A DNA stretch of 64,000 nt from Acidobacteriaceae bacterium (GTDB lineage Bacteria > Acidobacteriota > Terriglobia > Terriglobales > Acidobacteriaceae), in NCBI GenBank assembly GCA_965277085.1, contig OZ255708.1:1889257-1953256 (forward strand), written 5' to 3'. Under the pieces are notes generated by a model, which searched no databases, was not told where the DNA came from, and saw nothing but the letters and a program-made list of their open reading frames with translations. This document shows positions 47,324 to 57,344 of the stretch, in pieces; the stretch's first letter is position 1, and each line of letters starts with the position of its first letter. The position numbers and the translations under genes were made by a program.

Positions 47324-48616
47324 TTATCTGTCGTGCACGGAAACTTCCGCCGTTGTTCCGATCAGCAGCAGCCGCGGGTCTCTGGGTTCGATATGGATGC
47401 GCACGGGATACCGAGCGGCGAGGCGAACCCAATCGAGCGATCGTTGCACCGTGGGCAGGCTGCCCGGTGTTCCCGGAGAGCCACCGACAGAGGAGGTGTC
47501 CGACGACATGACGCCGGTGCTGATGCTTTCCACAACGCCGGGCAAGGTATGGTGCGGATCAGTCATTAGAACAACGTCGGCCCGCATGCCTGGTCGAATG
47601 AACCGGAGCTGCTCCTCGCCGTAATCCGCTTTGACGTACCAGGAATTTTGTTCAATCAAGGTAAACATCGCGGTGCCCGGTTTGGCGTACTCGCCGCGGG
47701 CTGTATTCAACGAAACGACGCAACCATCGAAGGGGGCATGGACCTTTGTCCAGCCAAGGTTAAGTCTGGCCTGATCTACGGCCGCCTGATACGTAGGTCG
47801 CTGAGCAAGCAAGGTGCCCAGCACCGGAATCTGGTTCTTTGATCGGCGCAGCTCATTCTCTGATTGGTTGACGCTGACCAAGTCCTGCTCGCGGGTTGTG
47901 TAGGCGCTAGCCTGCTTCGATTCGCTCGAGCTCACCTGCGCCTCGGCGCTCCGAACCGACTCTGCGGCACTCTTGCGGTTAGCCTGGAGCTGATCGTATT
48001 GCTGCCTGGATATGTAATTCCGTTCCGCGAGCGGGGTATTACGCTCCAAACTAAGATCGGCAATCGCGAGGTTCGCCTGAGCAGTTCCGAGCGAGGCGCG
48101 CGCCTGGGCTAACTGATCTGCGGCCTCTCGCACCGAATCGGTACCCTTGTGCACGTTCAGGCGACTGTTCGCGACCGAATCCTTGGATGCATACACCTGG
48201 TCCTGAGCGGCTCGAATGGATTCCTTCTCTTGTACGATCTGCTGTTCGAGCGCGGCTTGATTGCCAAGTGCGGATTGCAACGAATATTGGTATTGCCGGG
48301 GATCGATCTCGACCAGCAGCTGTCCGGTGTGCACACAATCGTTGTCCCCGACATGCAAGGAGATGATGCGCCCTTCAACCTCAGGTGCCATGCCGATGTA
48401 GTGTGCGCCCAGGCTGCCGTCCTGCGTGCGCGGATTGTAGGTCATACGAATAAAGGTCAGGGCGGCGAGCACCACGGTGACAACCACGATCGCGCCTCCA
48501 ACCACACGGCCGAGAATGCGGCGGCGTTTTTCCGATGGATCTTCTTGTCGGTCGCCCGCCAGCTTGTTCACGTATTTATCTTCGTCCAAGGATTTCCTCC
48601 CTTCTCTACGAAACAA
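47324..48616 (-). CDS. HlyD family secretion (membrane fusion) protein, module 2
   Basis: TM anchor, GRIISLHVGDNDCVHTGQLLVEIDP, a coiled-coil and a beta-barrel. It is a paralogue of 39575..40870. Confidence 0.9.
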   Translation of the reverse strand: MFRREGRKSLDEDKYVNKLAGDRQEDPSEKRRRILGRVVGGAIVVVTVVLAALTFIRMTYNPRTQDGSLGAHYIGMAPEVEGRIISLHVGDNDCVHTGQLLVEIDPRQYQYSLQSALGNQAALEQQIVQEKESIRAAQDQVYASKDSVANSRLNVHKGTDSVREAADQLAQARASLGTAQANLAIADLSLERNTPLAERNYISRQQYDQLQANRKSAAESVRSAEAQVSSSESKQASAYTTREQDLVSVNQSENELRRSKNQIPVLGTLLAQRPTYQAAVDQARLNLGWTKVHAPFDGCVVSLNTARGEYAKPGTAMFTLIEQNSWYVKADYGEEQLRFIRPGMRADVVLMTDPHHTLPGVVESISTGVMSSDTSSVGGSPGTPGSLPTVQRSLDWVRLAARYPVRIHIEPRDPRLLLIGTTAEVSVHDR

Positions 48617-48890
48617 CCAGCCACGTCAGGCAAGAGATGGCGATGACGACGCATAGATAGATGAGCGGCAACGGTCCCACATATGGCTCTATCTTCAATT
48701 TGAGAAAAAGCGCACGGGCGGCGAACGCGGCCGCAACCCCCAGGAGCATGCATAACAGCCAGAACGGGAAATACGATCCGAGCACGTCGATCACATGAGA
48801 TCCAGCGCAGCCGGTCAAAGCTCCGCACCAGGCTGTGATCAGCCATACGGCAACCCCCGGACGCGTTACGCGCATTCGCAAATATTTCAA
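48606..48890 (-). CDS. YtcA/AaeX-like (DUF1656) small membrane lipoprotein, module 2
   Basis: 94 aa with lipobox LTGC, then IDVLGSYFPFWLLCMLLGVAAAF and a second TM. It overlaps both neighbouring genes. Confidence 0.7.
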   Translation of the reverse strand: MKYLRMRVTRPGVAVWLITAWCGALTGCAGSHVIDVLGSYFPFWLLCMLLGVAAAFAARALFLKLKIEPYVGPLPLIYLCVVIAISCLTWLVVS

Positions 48891-50482
48891 GGTTTTCCTC
48901 CGGCGGGTTGAGGGATTAAAGGACCGAACGAGAGCAATTGTCCGGTGCTGTACGCGAGCTTGGCGGCAAGCTGCAACGTGTGGGTACGCGCGCTGGTAAA
49001 GGCGCTTTCGGCTTGCGCTAGTGAGGCCTGTGCGGAAGTAAGTGGAACCTGATCGCCCAACCCATGGGCAGCCGAGACTTTTGCGGAATCGAAGTACTCG
49101 CGCGAGGCCACGAGCGCCGCCTCCGCGGCCTCTTGCTCACTGAGCGCCGCCTCCACGTCGGTGTAGCTCTGCCAGACCTGCTGCTGCACATCGAGCGTGA
49201 GCTGATCGAGATGAATCTGCGATTGCCGGACCTGCGACGCAGCCTCGCGCACACGAGCTCGCTTAGACCCGGCGGTAAAGATATCCCATGTAAGGTTGGC
49301 CGCGACGACATAGGTGGGACCGTTCGTATCCGGGGTGCTGGCCGCTGACAGACCATTGCCCGTGGGCGGCGTCGAACTGGTGCTGTGGGTATATTGCTCC
49401 TGTGCCGTGATCGAGACGTTCGGAAACAAACCCGCGTGCGCGCTCTTTTCTTGCTGCTGCGACGCCTTGATTTGATCCATCGCTTCGTGCAGTTCGGGAC
49501 GCCGTTGCGTGGCGGTTTTCACCAGCTCCTCCACCGAAGCGCTCACCCACCGCGTTCCGATCTCGTAGCCCAGCGGAGGAACGTCGAAGGCCTGTTCCGC
49601 CTTCAAGTTCACATCGGCCGCAAGAGCAACCTTCGCCTGCTGTAACTTCGCTTTCGCGCTCACCAGGCTCGCATAGGCTGACAGCGTCTGCGCTTTCGTC
49701 TGGTCTCGCTTGATTACCGATATCAGGCCTTGTGCGTAGCTCAGCTGGGCTGCGGCGTCCTCGATCTTGGCTGCGGCGTAACTGGCCTCCGAGGATTGCT
49801 GGGCCTGCTTGGCGGCCACCAACGCGTAGTAATCCTGGGAAATTGTTAGGGCCACCTGTTGTTCCGTCGCGGTTGCCTCCTCGCTCGTCGACGCCTGAGT
49901 CTCCTTGGCCGCGCGATACGTAGCGAGGTTTGCTCCAAAATCGAGAACCGTCCATGTGAGTTTCACGGCTGGCTCCAGAATGGTGCTATTGATCTTCACC
50001 ACGCCCTCGGACGAGATATTGGGGGGCAAACCGAAAAGCAGATCGCCCCGCAAGGCAACAGCCGTGAGAGCGATCGTCGGGAACAGCGGACTGCGAGCGA
50101 TAACCGTTTGATCTGCGGCCTGTTTTGTGCGCTCCCAGGCCGTGCGAGTCTGCGGGTTGGCTCGCTCGCCCATCTCGATTAACTGTGGCAGCGTATACAC
50201 GGCGGGTGTACCGGCATCCGGGATCTGTGGAATTGCCGTGTGCCCTCCGACCATCGTCTCGTTTGCCACATGCGGAGCAGCGCTACCTGGAGCATTGAAC
50301 TGCGCACGTGACTGCGACATCAACACTGAGGCGAGCAAAGCCATGCTGAAGACATAACGGGCGCAATGACTCGCATTGGATGCTCGGGAGATCGTGCTAG
50401 AGCTGGGGCTGCCCGCACCAACGGGGCGTTCCCTCCGAACCACAAGGGCCGCGCACGAGTTGAGCCGGTGTTCTTGCTCCAT
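48887..50482 (-). CDS. TolC family outer-membrane efflux protein (OMF), module 2
   Basis: Two OEP repeats (LFPTIALTAVA..., LFPNVSITAQE...). The start is uncertain: ATG 50482 or 50344 lies before MALLASVLMSQSRAQ. The ORF is open up to 50668. Confidence 0.85.
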   Translation of the reverse strand: MEQEHRLNSCAALVVRRERPVGAGSPSSSTISRASNASHCARYVFSMALLASVLMSQSRAQFNAPGSAAPHVANETMVGGHTAIPQIPDAGTPAVYTLPQLIEMGERANPQTRTAWERTKQAADQTVIARSPLFPTIALTAVALRGDLLFGLPPNISSEGVVKINSTILEPAVKLTWTVLDFGANLATYRAAKETQASTSEEATATEQQVALTISQDYYALVAAKQAQQSSEASYAAAKIEDAAAQLSYAQGLISVIKRDQTKAQTLSAYASLVSAKAKLQQAKVALAADVNLKAEQAFDVPPLGYEIGTRWVSASVEELVKTATQRRPELHEAMDQIKASQQQEKSAHAGLFPNVSITAQEQYTHSTSSTPPTGNGLSAASTPDTNGPTYVVAANLTWDIFTAGSKRARVREAASQVRQSQIHLDQLTLDVQQQVWQSYTDVEAALSEQEAAEAALVASREYFDSAKVSAAHGLGDQVPLTSAQASLAQAESAFTSARTHTLQLAAKLAYSTGQLLSFGPLIPQPAGGKP

Positions 50483-51112
50483 TGTTCGTCCATCCGACCT
50501 GGCGAAGTTCTTTGCCGTAGTCCGTGCGCATTGCCATAAAACGCATACCGTGTTCCGGTCAACATACTCGAAGCGCGCTGAGAATGTCAGCTTACATCGT
50601 GTGTTACTTGCATGCGCTGCAAACAAAAGTCGCTCGTACTGTACGCTCGCCGGTCCCTTCGACCGCAAAGAAAATCCGGAAGAAGGGACGAATGCGTTTT
50701 CGGCCGCTAGGGCACAAACCTCAGCAACTTCGTTCGTGACGTTCGTCTCGTACCGAGCCGTAAGTGCAGAACAGCTAAATAGATAGGTTGCGTGTGCGTC
50801 GGTAGCCTGCTAGTATGATGTGCTAGTCAAGAAGAACCAGTTTCACCCCACTGCTCCACTGACAGCCCTCCTGTCCTTCGCCGCTCCGATTTGTCTCTGC
50901 CCATTCGTTGGGTTGGGCGACCATTACTCTTTGCAATCCCTGCGTTCTCCGATCCCATGATGTTTCGGCAAGCGCATGGCGTTCGTGATTCGTCCACGAC
51001 TGATCGTGGTTGACTCGCACTAAACCCTTGTTAAAAGCTGGCTCGCGGTGATCTCTTCACCGCGTCTAAGCCTTCTGGCAAGCCCGTTGCTGTCGGGCAG
51101 AGCAGGTATTCG

Positions 51113-52120
51113 GTGGTCGCAAAGTCAAGAAAGGTAGATCTAAGAATACGTCCCGAGGACATGCGCATCTTTGTCGCGATCGGGCGCGCGCGCACCCTTA
51201 CTGAGGCCTCGGAGACGCTCAAAATTCCTCTCTTCACCGCTAGCCGTGCCCTCAAGAGGATTGAACGCACCGCACAACTCGTGCTGATCCGGAGGGATGA
51301 GTCCGGTTTGCATTTGACGGAGGTCGGGCATGAATACCTGAAATCCTGTCAAGCCGTTTTACAGGCGCATCAAGCCGCCATGGAGGTACTTCTCGCTCGA
51401 CAGTTGGAGCCGGAAGGCCTGTTGCATATCGGGGCGCCTGTGACCTTCGTTCGCGACGTACTAGCGCGCGTCTTGTGTGATTTTATAAAGCCCTTTCCTA
51501 AATTGAGAGTGAAAGTGTCCCTCTGCTCCGACCCATATCAGGAGCCCGACGCGACCTATGATGTTTTCCTCAAAGTACGGGTGCCAAACGAATCTCGATA
51601 CCAGATGAAGCTATTTCCGGCGATACGGCAAGGCGTGTTTGCCAGTCCACAGTTTCTGGCTGATCGTCCTCGGCTGGTACATCCGACTGAACTTGAGAGC
51701 CATGCGTGCCTTGCATTTAGCGAATCTGAGCACCGCGCCTATTGGAAGTTTTGGCAGGGTGGCGAGCATCTGTCAGTGAACCCTGCCTCCCGCATCATCA
51801 TCCCGGACCCTTACGCTCTAACCCAGCTTGCGATCGACTCGGCTGGATTTACCGTTTTGCCGCTTTGGATGGCGCGAGAGCACGTCGACGCGGGCAACCT
51901 TGTCCAAGTCCTTACAGGGTGGACAGTGGAACCAATTATCTTTTGCGCCTTATACAATGGCCGACCGCGACCGGCCTCCAAGGAGGGTGTCTTCTTGGCC
52001 TTTCTGTCTTCTGTTCTGGGCGGCCCCAAAGACCCGAGGTGCGCAGGCGGGGATCCGAACGATCTGTTCGTCCATGGCAGCTTGGAAAAAGTCGTTCTCG
52101 CAACTCTCCTCGAACCCTGA
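51113..52120 (+). CDS. LysR family transcriptional regulator
   Basis: N-terminal HTH MRIFVAIGRARTLTEASETLKIPLFTASRALKRIE plus a LysR substrate-binding domain. It is divergent from efflux module 2. Confidence 0.85.
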   Translation: MVAKSRKVDLRIRPEDMRIFVAIGRARTLTEASETLKIPLFTASRALKRIERTAQLVLIRRDESGLHLTEVGHEYLKSCQAVLQAHQAAMEVLLARQLEPEGLLHIGAPVTFVRDVLARVLCDFIKPFPKLRVKVSLCSDPYQEPDATYDVFLKVRVPNESRYQMKLFPAIRQGVFASPQFLADRPRLVHPTELESHACLAFSESEHRAYWKFWQGGEHLSVNPASRIIIPDPYALTQLAIDSAGFTVLPLWMAREHVDAGNLVQVLTGWTVEPIIFCALYNGRPRPASKEGVFLAFLSSVLGGPKDPRCAGGDPNDLFVHGSLEKVVLATLLEP

Positions 52121-52399
52121 TCGGGCAAGCACAACGAACTGCCAGCACACGCCACGCAAGAGCTCCGCTTGGGGTTCGCCCTTGGCCGTATCCGTCAGTT
52201 GGCATCACTACACATGGTGAGCGATCTAGGTTTGCAGCGTGTGCAATACATCTGAGAGGTAAGCTCACTTCATCAATCGTTGTTGTGATGATGCAGCACA
52301 ACGCACGATGTCCCATGACGCACCCAACGAATACGCTATGTTCGAAACGTACTTACTTGGGCTAACCAAAGGAGACCTGATCTCCTTAAGGAGTTGACG

Positions 52400-53320
52400 A
52401 TGCCCGAACAGCTTCAAGTACAAATTCCAGATTTCGAGCATAGAGTGGAGCAGGTGAACGGTGTAAGCCTACAGTATTGGATTGGGGGCAATCCCGAAGG
52501 GACACCGGTGCTTCTCTGGCACGGCTTTCTTGGTACCAGCTACTCCTGGCACAAAGTCATGCCGCTACTGCTCAAGGCTGGCTACTTCGTGCTTGCGCCG
52601 GACATGCGCGGATACGGCGATTCCTCCAAGCCGGATGGCAATGCCGGGTACGACGGAAAGACATTAGCCGATGACTTCCGTTTGTTGACACAGCAGATCG
52701 GCTTTGGAGCAGGCGCTCCACTTCTCGTCATCGCTCATGATATGGGAGCTCCACCGGCCCTTCTCTGGGCGGCACATCATCCTGATGAGATCGCCGGCCT
52801 CATGTATCTAGAAGCTCCGGTCATGCTTTCTGGCATCCTTTCCAAGATCATCGCGTATACGCCTGAAGCCATGAAGAACGGTTCCATGTGGTGGTGGATT
52901 CTGCCGCTCGCGCACGATGTACCCCGTCGTCTGATTGTCGGCAACGAGCGAGCGTTTCTGACATGGTTCTATAAGTTCGAAACAGCTGATCCAAGCGCTT
53001 TCTCACCCGAGGCCGTAAACGAATACCTGCGCACCTTTTCAGGCGAGTCCGGAGTTCTCGGAGCCTTGGGGCTCTACAGAACTACCTTTGATACGATTGC
53101 GCTCACCGAACCGCTTACGACAAGCAAAGTAAAGGTGCCGATCGCCGCTTTCGGCGGAGACAAGTCACTGGGAGGCAACGTGAAGCAGATGGTCGAAATG
53201 GTCGCTGACAAGGTATCCGGCGGAGAAATTTTATCCTGTGGCCACTTCATTCCCGAGGAGGCACCGGACCAGCTTATGAAGCACTTCCAGGACTTCGCGT
53301 CGAAAGTGGTCAGGGAATGA
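52400..53320 (+). CDS. alpha/beta hydrolase (epoxide hydrolase/haloalkane dehalogenase-like)
   Basis: VLLWHGFLGTSYSW, PDMRGYGDS, the nucleophile region IAHDMGAP, and a C-terminal CGHFIPEE. AAGGAG lies 6 nt upstream of the ATG at 52400. Confidence 0.85.
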   Translation: MPEQLQVQIPDFEHRVEQVNGVSLQYWIGGNPEGTPVLLWHGFLGTSYSWHKVMPLLLKAGYFVLAPDMRGYGDSSKPDGNAGYDGKTLADDFRLLTQQIGFGAGAPLLVIAHDMGAPPALLWAAHHPDEIAGLMYLEAPVMLSGILSKIIAYTPEAMKNGSMWWWILPLAHDVPRRLIVGNERAFLTWFYKFETADPSAFSPEAVNEYLRTFSGESGVLGALGLYRTTFDTIALTEPLTTSKVKVPIAAFGGDKSLGGNVKQMVEMVADKVSGGEILSCGHFIPEEAPDQLMKHFQDFASKVVRE

Positions 53321-53439
53321 ATCGCAGTCCGCCGTAATTCCGTTCTAGGCAATAGCGGCGATTGCTGGTTCTTCATAGCGCACGTGCGCTCAACTCAGAG
53401 CGTCACTAACAACCAGCTAAAAACAGATGGAGAAGACAT

Positions 53440-53982
53440 ATGGCTGAGAGCACTGGTATTTTTTCAAGACCGAACACTGGCCTGCCTCCCGACGACCTGC
53501 AACGTATGTTGCTTGTGGCTCAGCCCGACACCGATCAGACCCTGCAACACCTGGGAATCGTTGGCGATACCTACACTACCCTGGTCACAGGCGATGACAC
53601 GAACGGCCGTTTTTGCCTGATCGACATGCTCATTCCTCCTGGCGGTGGGCCACCGCCGCACCGCCACGATTTTGAGGAATCGTTTATCGTGCTTGAAGGT
53701 GAACTTGAAATTACTTTTCGTGGAAACAAGATGACCGTGGGCCCGGGAACCACGGCTAACATTCCTTCCAACGCTCCGCACCAGTTCCGCAACGGTACCA
53801 ACAAGCCTGCGCGTGCGCTTTTGTTATGCTCTCCGGCCGGACAAGACAACTACTTCGCACGCGTGGGCATTCCCTTGCCTACGCGTACAACACCGCCGCC
53901 GGTCGATCAGAAAGCGGCGCAGATCAAGAAAATGATGGAACTGGCACCCGAATACCGGACTGAGATGCTAGACCACGCTTGA
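53440..53982 (+). CDS. cupin domain protein
   Basis: Cupin motifs PPHRHDFEESFIVLEGELEITF and ANIPSNAPHQFRN. Confidence 0.8.
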   Translation: MAESTGIFSRPNTGLPPDDLQRMLLVAQPDTDQTLQHLGIVGDTYTTLVTGDDTNGRFCLIDMLIPPGGGPPPHRHDFEESFIVLEGELEITFRGNKMTVGPGTTANIPSNAPHQFRNGTNKPARALLLCSPAGQDNYFARVGIPLPTRTTPPPVDQKAAQIKKMMELAPEYRTEMLDHA

Positions 53983-54056
53983 GCGACCTTATGCTGTAAC
54001 TCTTAATTTCGGGGGTGTTGACTTCCCGAACCTGCACGAGCGAATGGAGGAGATGA

Positions 54057-54275
54057 ATGTCTGATAATTACGTTGAGTGTTCAGAGCTTTCTGATAAGAC
54101 GGTCGAGCGTGTACGGGTCTATCGCGACGACCGCGAGGGGGTCGACATGCAGATAGATTTTACGGATGGAACCAGCTTCACGTGCTCGTTTTGCGTCGCA
54201 CCTCTGTTTGAAGCAAAACTGCTACGGTCTGGAGCAAGCGGCATTGAGACGCTTTGTACCTACGAGATCACATAG
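54057..54275 (+). CDS. hypothetical small protein
   Basis: 72-aa ORF with GGAGGAG upstream of the ATG. No recognisable domain. Confidence 0.5.
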   Translation: MSDNYVECSELSDKTVERVRVYRDDREGVDMQIDFTDGTSFTCSFCVAPLFEAKLLRSGASGIETLCTYEIT

Positions 54276-54370
54276 AACTCGTCCGGCGACAAACCATCCA
54301 TCATAAGCAGATCATCCCGCGCTCGAACACCGTTTTTCAGATTTGTGTTTGGTCGTTATAAGGTTCAGCA

Positions 54371-55135
54371 ATGATCGCACGATTCTTCGAGCTTCTAGGC
54401 TGTATCACCTTGTTCAGTCTTCGGGCTTTTCGAGATGTTCTGCGGCCACCGCTTGAGTTAGATTATTTGATGAAACAGCTTTACGACGTCGGCGTTGGTT
54501 CCATGTCGTTGATCCTGACATCGGGCCTCGCGCTCGGGATTGTAATGGACCTGCACACTCGGAGTACCTTGGTGCAGTTTGGAGCCGCGGCGCAGATTCC
54601 GACCTTTCAGGCGATGGCGTTCCTGAACGAGATCGGTCCACTGGTCGCGGCTCTGCTTGTGGCTGGAAGAGTCGGTGCGGGCATGGGAGCGGAACTCGCC
54701 AACATGCGCGCAACAGACCAGATCGATGCAATCGAAACGCTTTCGATCGATTCATTCAAGTTCCTGGTGGTCACTCGTATTGTTGCATGCACGGTCATGT
54801 TGCCTCTGCTTACGGTGTTCATGGATGTTGCTGGAATCCTGGGCGGCTTTCTGTCCGAGCACTTCTCGGCAAATTTGAGTTGGGATTTGTACTTCACGCG
54901 GGCCTTTGATGGAGTCGCCTTGGCAAACTTCATTCCGCCGACGTTGAAGACGGCTGTCTTCGGCTTCCTCATCGGTACGATCTCGTGCTTCTTCGGCTAC
55001 ACCACCAATGAGGGTTCCGACGGTGTGCGCCGGGCGTCGACGAACAGCGTTGTAGTGTCTTCACTGGCGGTAATCGTTTCGGACGTCATTTTGTTGAAGT
55101 GCATCTTCTTTTTGTTTCCGGACCAGGCGATATGA
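54371..55135 (+). CDS. mlaE: MlaE family ABC transporter permease
   Basis: 254 aa with the typical MlaE/Ttg2B pattern (GVGSMSLILTSGLALGIVM, EIGPLVAALLVAGRVGAGMGAELANMR.TDQIDA). Confidence 0.9.
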   Translation: MIARFFELLGCITLFSLRAFRDVLRPPLELDYLMKQLYDVGVGSMSLILTSGLALGIVMDLHTRSTLVQFGAAAQIPTFQAMAFLNEIGPLVAALLVAGRVGAGMGAELANMRATDQIDAIETLSIDSFKFLVVTRIVACTVMLPLLTVFMDVAGILGGFLSEHFSANLSWDLYFTRAFDGVALANFIPPTLKTAVFGFLIGTISCFFGYTTNEGSDGVRRASTNSVVVSSLAVIVSDVILLKCIFFLFPDQAI

Positions 55136-55902
55136 CGGAAGAGACGAAAGCAAGTAAAAACGACGGGCCAGCAATCGGCTTCGAAAATGTGGTCAAAGGG
55201 TTTGGCGATCGGAAGGTGCTGGAGGCCATTTCGTTCGACGTTGCGACAGGAGAGGCTCTTTGCATCCTGGGCCGCAGTGGTACAGGGAAGAGTGTTACCT
55301 TGCGGCTGATGATTGGACTTTTGAAGCCGGACAGCGGCAAAGTAATGGTCATGGGTCAAGACGTGGCGTCGCTTGACGGTAACGGCCTTTCAGCAATGCG
55401 GCGAAAGATGGGTTTTTTATTTCAGAACGCGGCTTTGTTTGACTCGTTCTCTCTAAACGACAATCTGGCGCTCCCACTCCATCGACAGGACAAGCACCGC
55501 TCACCGGCGGAGATCAACGACGCAATCGAGGAAGTGCTGAAAGAGGTAGGGTTGGAGAACGATCGGAACAAGATGCCCGTCGAGCTTTCAGGGGGTATGC
55601 AGAAACGTGCCGGCCTTGCGCGGGCGCTCGTGTTGCGGCCGGAGATCCTGCTTGTAGACGAGCCGAGCAGCGGACTTGATCGAATTACGGCGTCCGAAAT
55701 CGATGATCTACTGCTCAAAGTGAAGACCGAGCGGCATACGACGATGGTGATTGTGACGCATGACATTCACGGTGCCCGGAGGGTCGGTGACAAACTCGCG
55801 GTACTAGACGACGCAAAGCTGCTGGCAATTGGGACGCCGGAGGAGTTGGATGCGCGTCACGATGAGCATTTAGAACAATTCATCTCGGAGACGGGAAAAT
55901 GA
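55132..55902 (+). CDS. mlaF: ABC transporter ATP-binding protein (MlaF-like)
   Basis: Walker A GRSGTGKS, signature LSGGMQKR, Walker B LLVDEPSSGLD, and an H-loop. The ATG at 55132 overlaps the mlaE stop (ATGA). Confidence 0.9.
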   Translation: MTEETKASKNDGPAIGFENVVKGFGDRKVLEAISFDVATGEALCILGRSGTGKSVTLRLMIGLLKPDSGKVMVMGQDVASLDGNGLSAMRRKMGFLFQNAALFDSFSLNDNLALPLHRQDKHRSPAEINDAIEEVLKEVGLENDRNKMPVELSGGMQKRAGLARALVLRPEILLVDEPSSGLDRITASEIDDLLLKVKTERHTTMVIVTHDIHGARRVGDKLAVLDDAKLLAIGTPEELDARHDEHLEQFISETGK

Positions 55903-57344
55903 GTAAACGCAATATATGGGTGGGCGTCCTTGTGGCGATCGGGATTGTATTGTTTGGCACCGGCCTGTTTTTAATAGGCAACGAGCATCAGGCCTTTCGT
56001 CGCCACACGGATTTCTTTACCGAGTTCGCCAACGTGGACGGAATCGCCAAAGGTGCGAAGGTTCGCGTGAACGGAATGGATGGCGGCCAAGTCGCCGAAG
56101 TAATCATTCCTTCGTCGCCCAGAGATAAGTTCCGCCTGCGAATAACCATTGAAGATCGCCTTCGCGGGTTGATCCGTGACAATTCGGTCGTTTCCGTTGA
56201 GAGCGACGGCCTAGTCGGAGATAAGTTCCTACTCATAGGCGGTGGCAGCGTGGGCTCCCCGCAGGCTGGTCCAGGATTGACCCTGCCTAGTAAGGAGCCT
56301 TTTTCCATGAGCAAGATGCTCGATCAGGCGAGCGGGCTCCTAACCCAGGTGGGCGCAACTGTTACGCAGGTGGAAGGAACGATTACCCAGGTGCGGGGGA
56401 CGATCGCGGATGTCCAGGGCAAGATGGATGGAACACTTAACACAGTCACAAGGACGGTGAACAACGCCAACGGAATCGTCACAGATATTCGCCATGGAAA
56501 AGGCAGCGCCGGCGTTCTGCTCGAGGATCAACCGACGGCTGACAACGTGAAGCAGGCGGTGCTCAACGCCCGAGATGCAACGACGAGCCTGAGTGCGGCT
56601 TCGGCTCAGGTGAACGGCATACTTGACGAGGTGCGGCAACGGCGGATGGTGGCGAAGGTGGACGATACCCTGGATAACGCTAACACTGCGACACAGCAGC
56701 TTGCGCAAGCGTCGCAACAGGTAAACGCAACGCTCAAGGATGCGTTTGCCCCGGACCAGTATGGAGAGAGTGCCGGCGCTAACCTCCAGCAGTCGCTCAC
56801 CAACATCACGCAGGCGTCAGGGAATCTGGCGGACGATACGGAGGCGTTGAAGCACGAATTCTTCTTCAAAGGCTTTTTCAAAAAGCGAGGTTATGACAGT
56901 TTAGATCGTCTGCCGGTGGAGTCGTATCGGAACGGGACACTGCTAAAAAAGCAAGCGCAGAACCGAACGTGGATTTCTGCGGTAAACCTGTTTCAAACGA
57001 GTAACATTCCGGACAACAACGATCCGGGCAAGATCGGAGGCGCGGAGGAGACTTTGTCGCCCGAAGGCAGAGCGGCGATCAACGAGGCGGTGAGTAAGAT
57101 TCCGAACTTGTACGCGAGTGCGCTGATCGTGGAAGGGTATTCAGACATGAGCACGGCGGGAGAGATGCTTAGCCAGTCCCGCCACAGGGCAATCTTAGTC
57201 CGGAATTATCTTCAACTCCGGTTTGGGCTCGCTTCGCAGACGATGGGTGTCATCGGCATGAGCGCGGTGCCACCTGTAGCGGCGGACAGACGGACCTGGG
57301 ACGGCATTTGTCTAACGCGCTTAGCTTCGAGAGGTAACAAATAA
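55899..57344 (+). CDS. mlaD: MlaD/MCE domain protein with long helical region and OmpA-like C-terminal domain
   Basis: N-terminal TM plus an MCE domain (VDGIAKGAKVRVNGMDGGQVAEV...DGLVGDKFL). A ~200-aa repetitive helical segment follows. The C-terminus ALIVEGYSD...LSQSRHRAILVRNYL is reminiscent of OmpA_C. The start overlaps the mlaF stop. Confidence 0.85.
   Translation: MSKRNIWVGVLVAIGIVLFGTGLFLIGNEHQAFRRHTDFFTEFANVDGIAKGAKVRVNGMDGGQVAEVIIPSSPRDKFRLRITIEDRLRGLIRDNSVVSVESDGLVGDKFLLIGGGSVGSPQAGPGLTLPSKEPFSMSKMLDQASGLLTQVGATVTQVEGTITQVRGTIADVQGKMDGTLNTVTRTVNNANGIVTDIRHGKGSAGVLLEDQPTADNVKQAVLNARDATTSLSAASAQVNGILDEVRQRRMVAKVDDTLDNANTATQQLAQASQQVNATLKDAFAPDQYGESAGANLQQSLTNITQASGNLADDTEALKHEFFFKGFFKKRGYDSLDRLPVESYRNGTLLKKQAQNRTWISAVNLFQTSNIPDNNDPGKIGGAEETLSPEGRAAINEAVSKIPNLYASALIVEGYSDMSTAGEMLSQSRHRAILVRNYLQLRFGLASQTMGVIGMSAVPPVAADRRTWDGICLTRLASRGNK

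Noticed and set aside
51742-52365. 207-aa ORF overlapping the 3' part of the LysR gene and the downstream spacer
   Set aside because: It is an off-frame Arg/Pro-rich translation overlapping a gene with clear LysR homology. It has no domain.
54009-54032. Hairpin TTCGGG-N11-CCCGAA after the cupin gene, and CTGCTG-AGCA-CAGCAG near 34526-34541
   Set aside because: The stems are short (6 bp) with no following U-tract, so they are not convincing intrinsic terminators.
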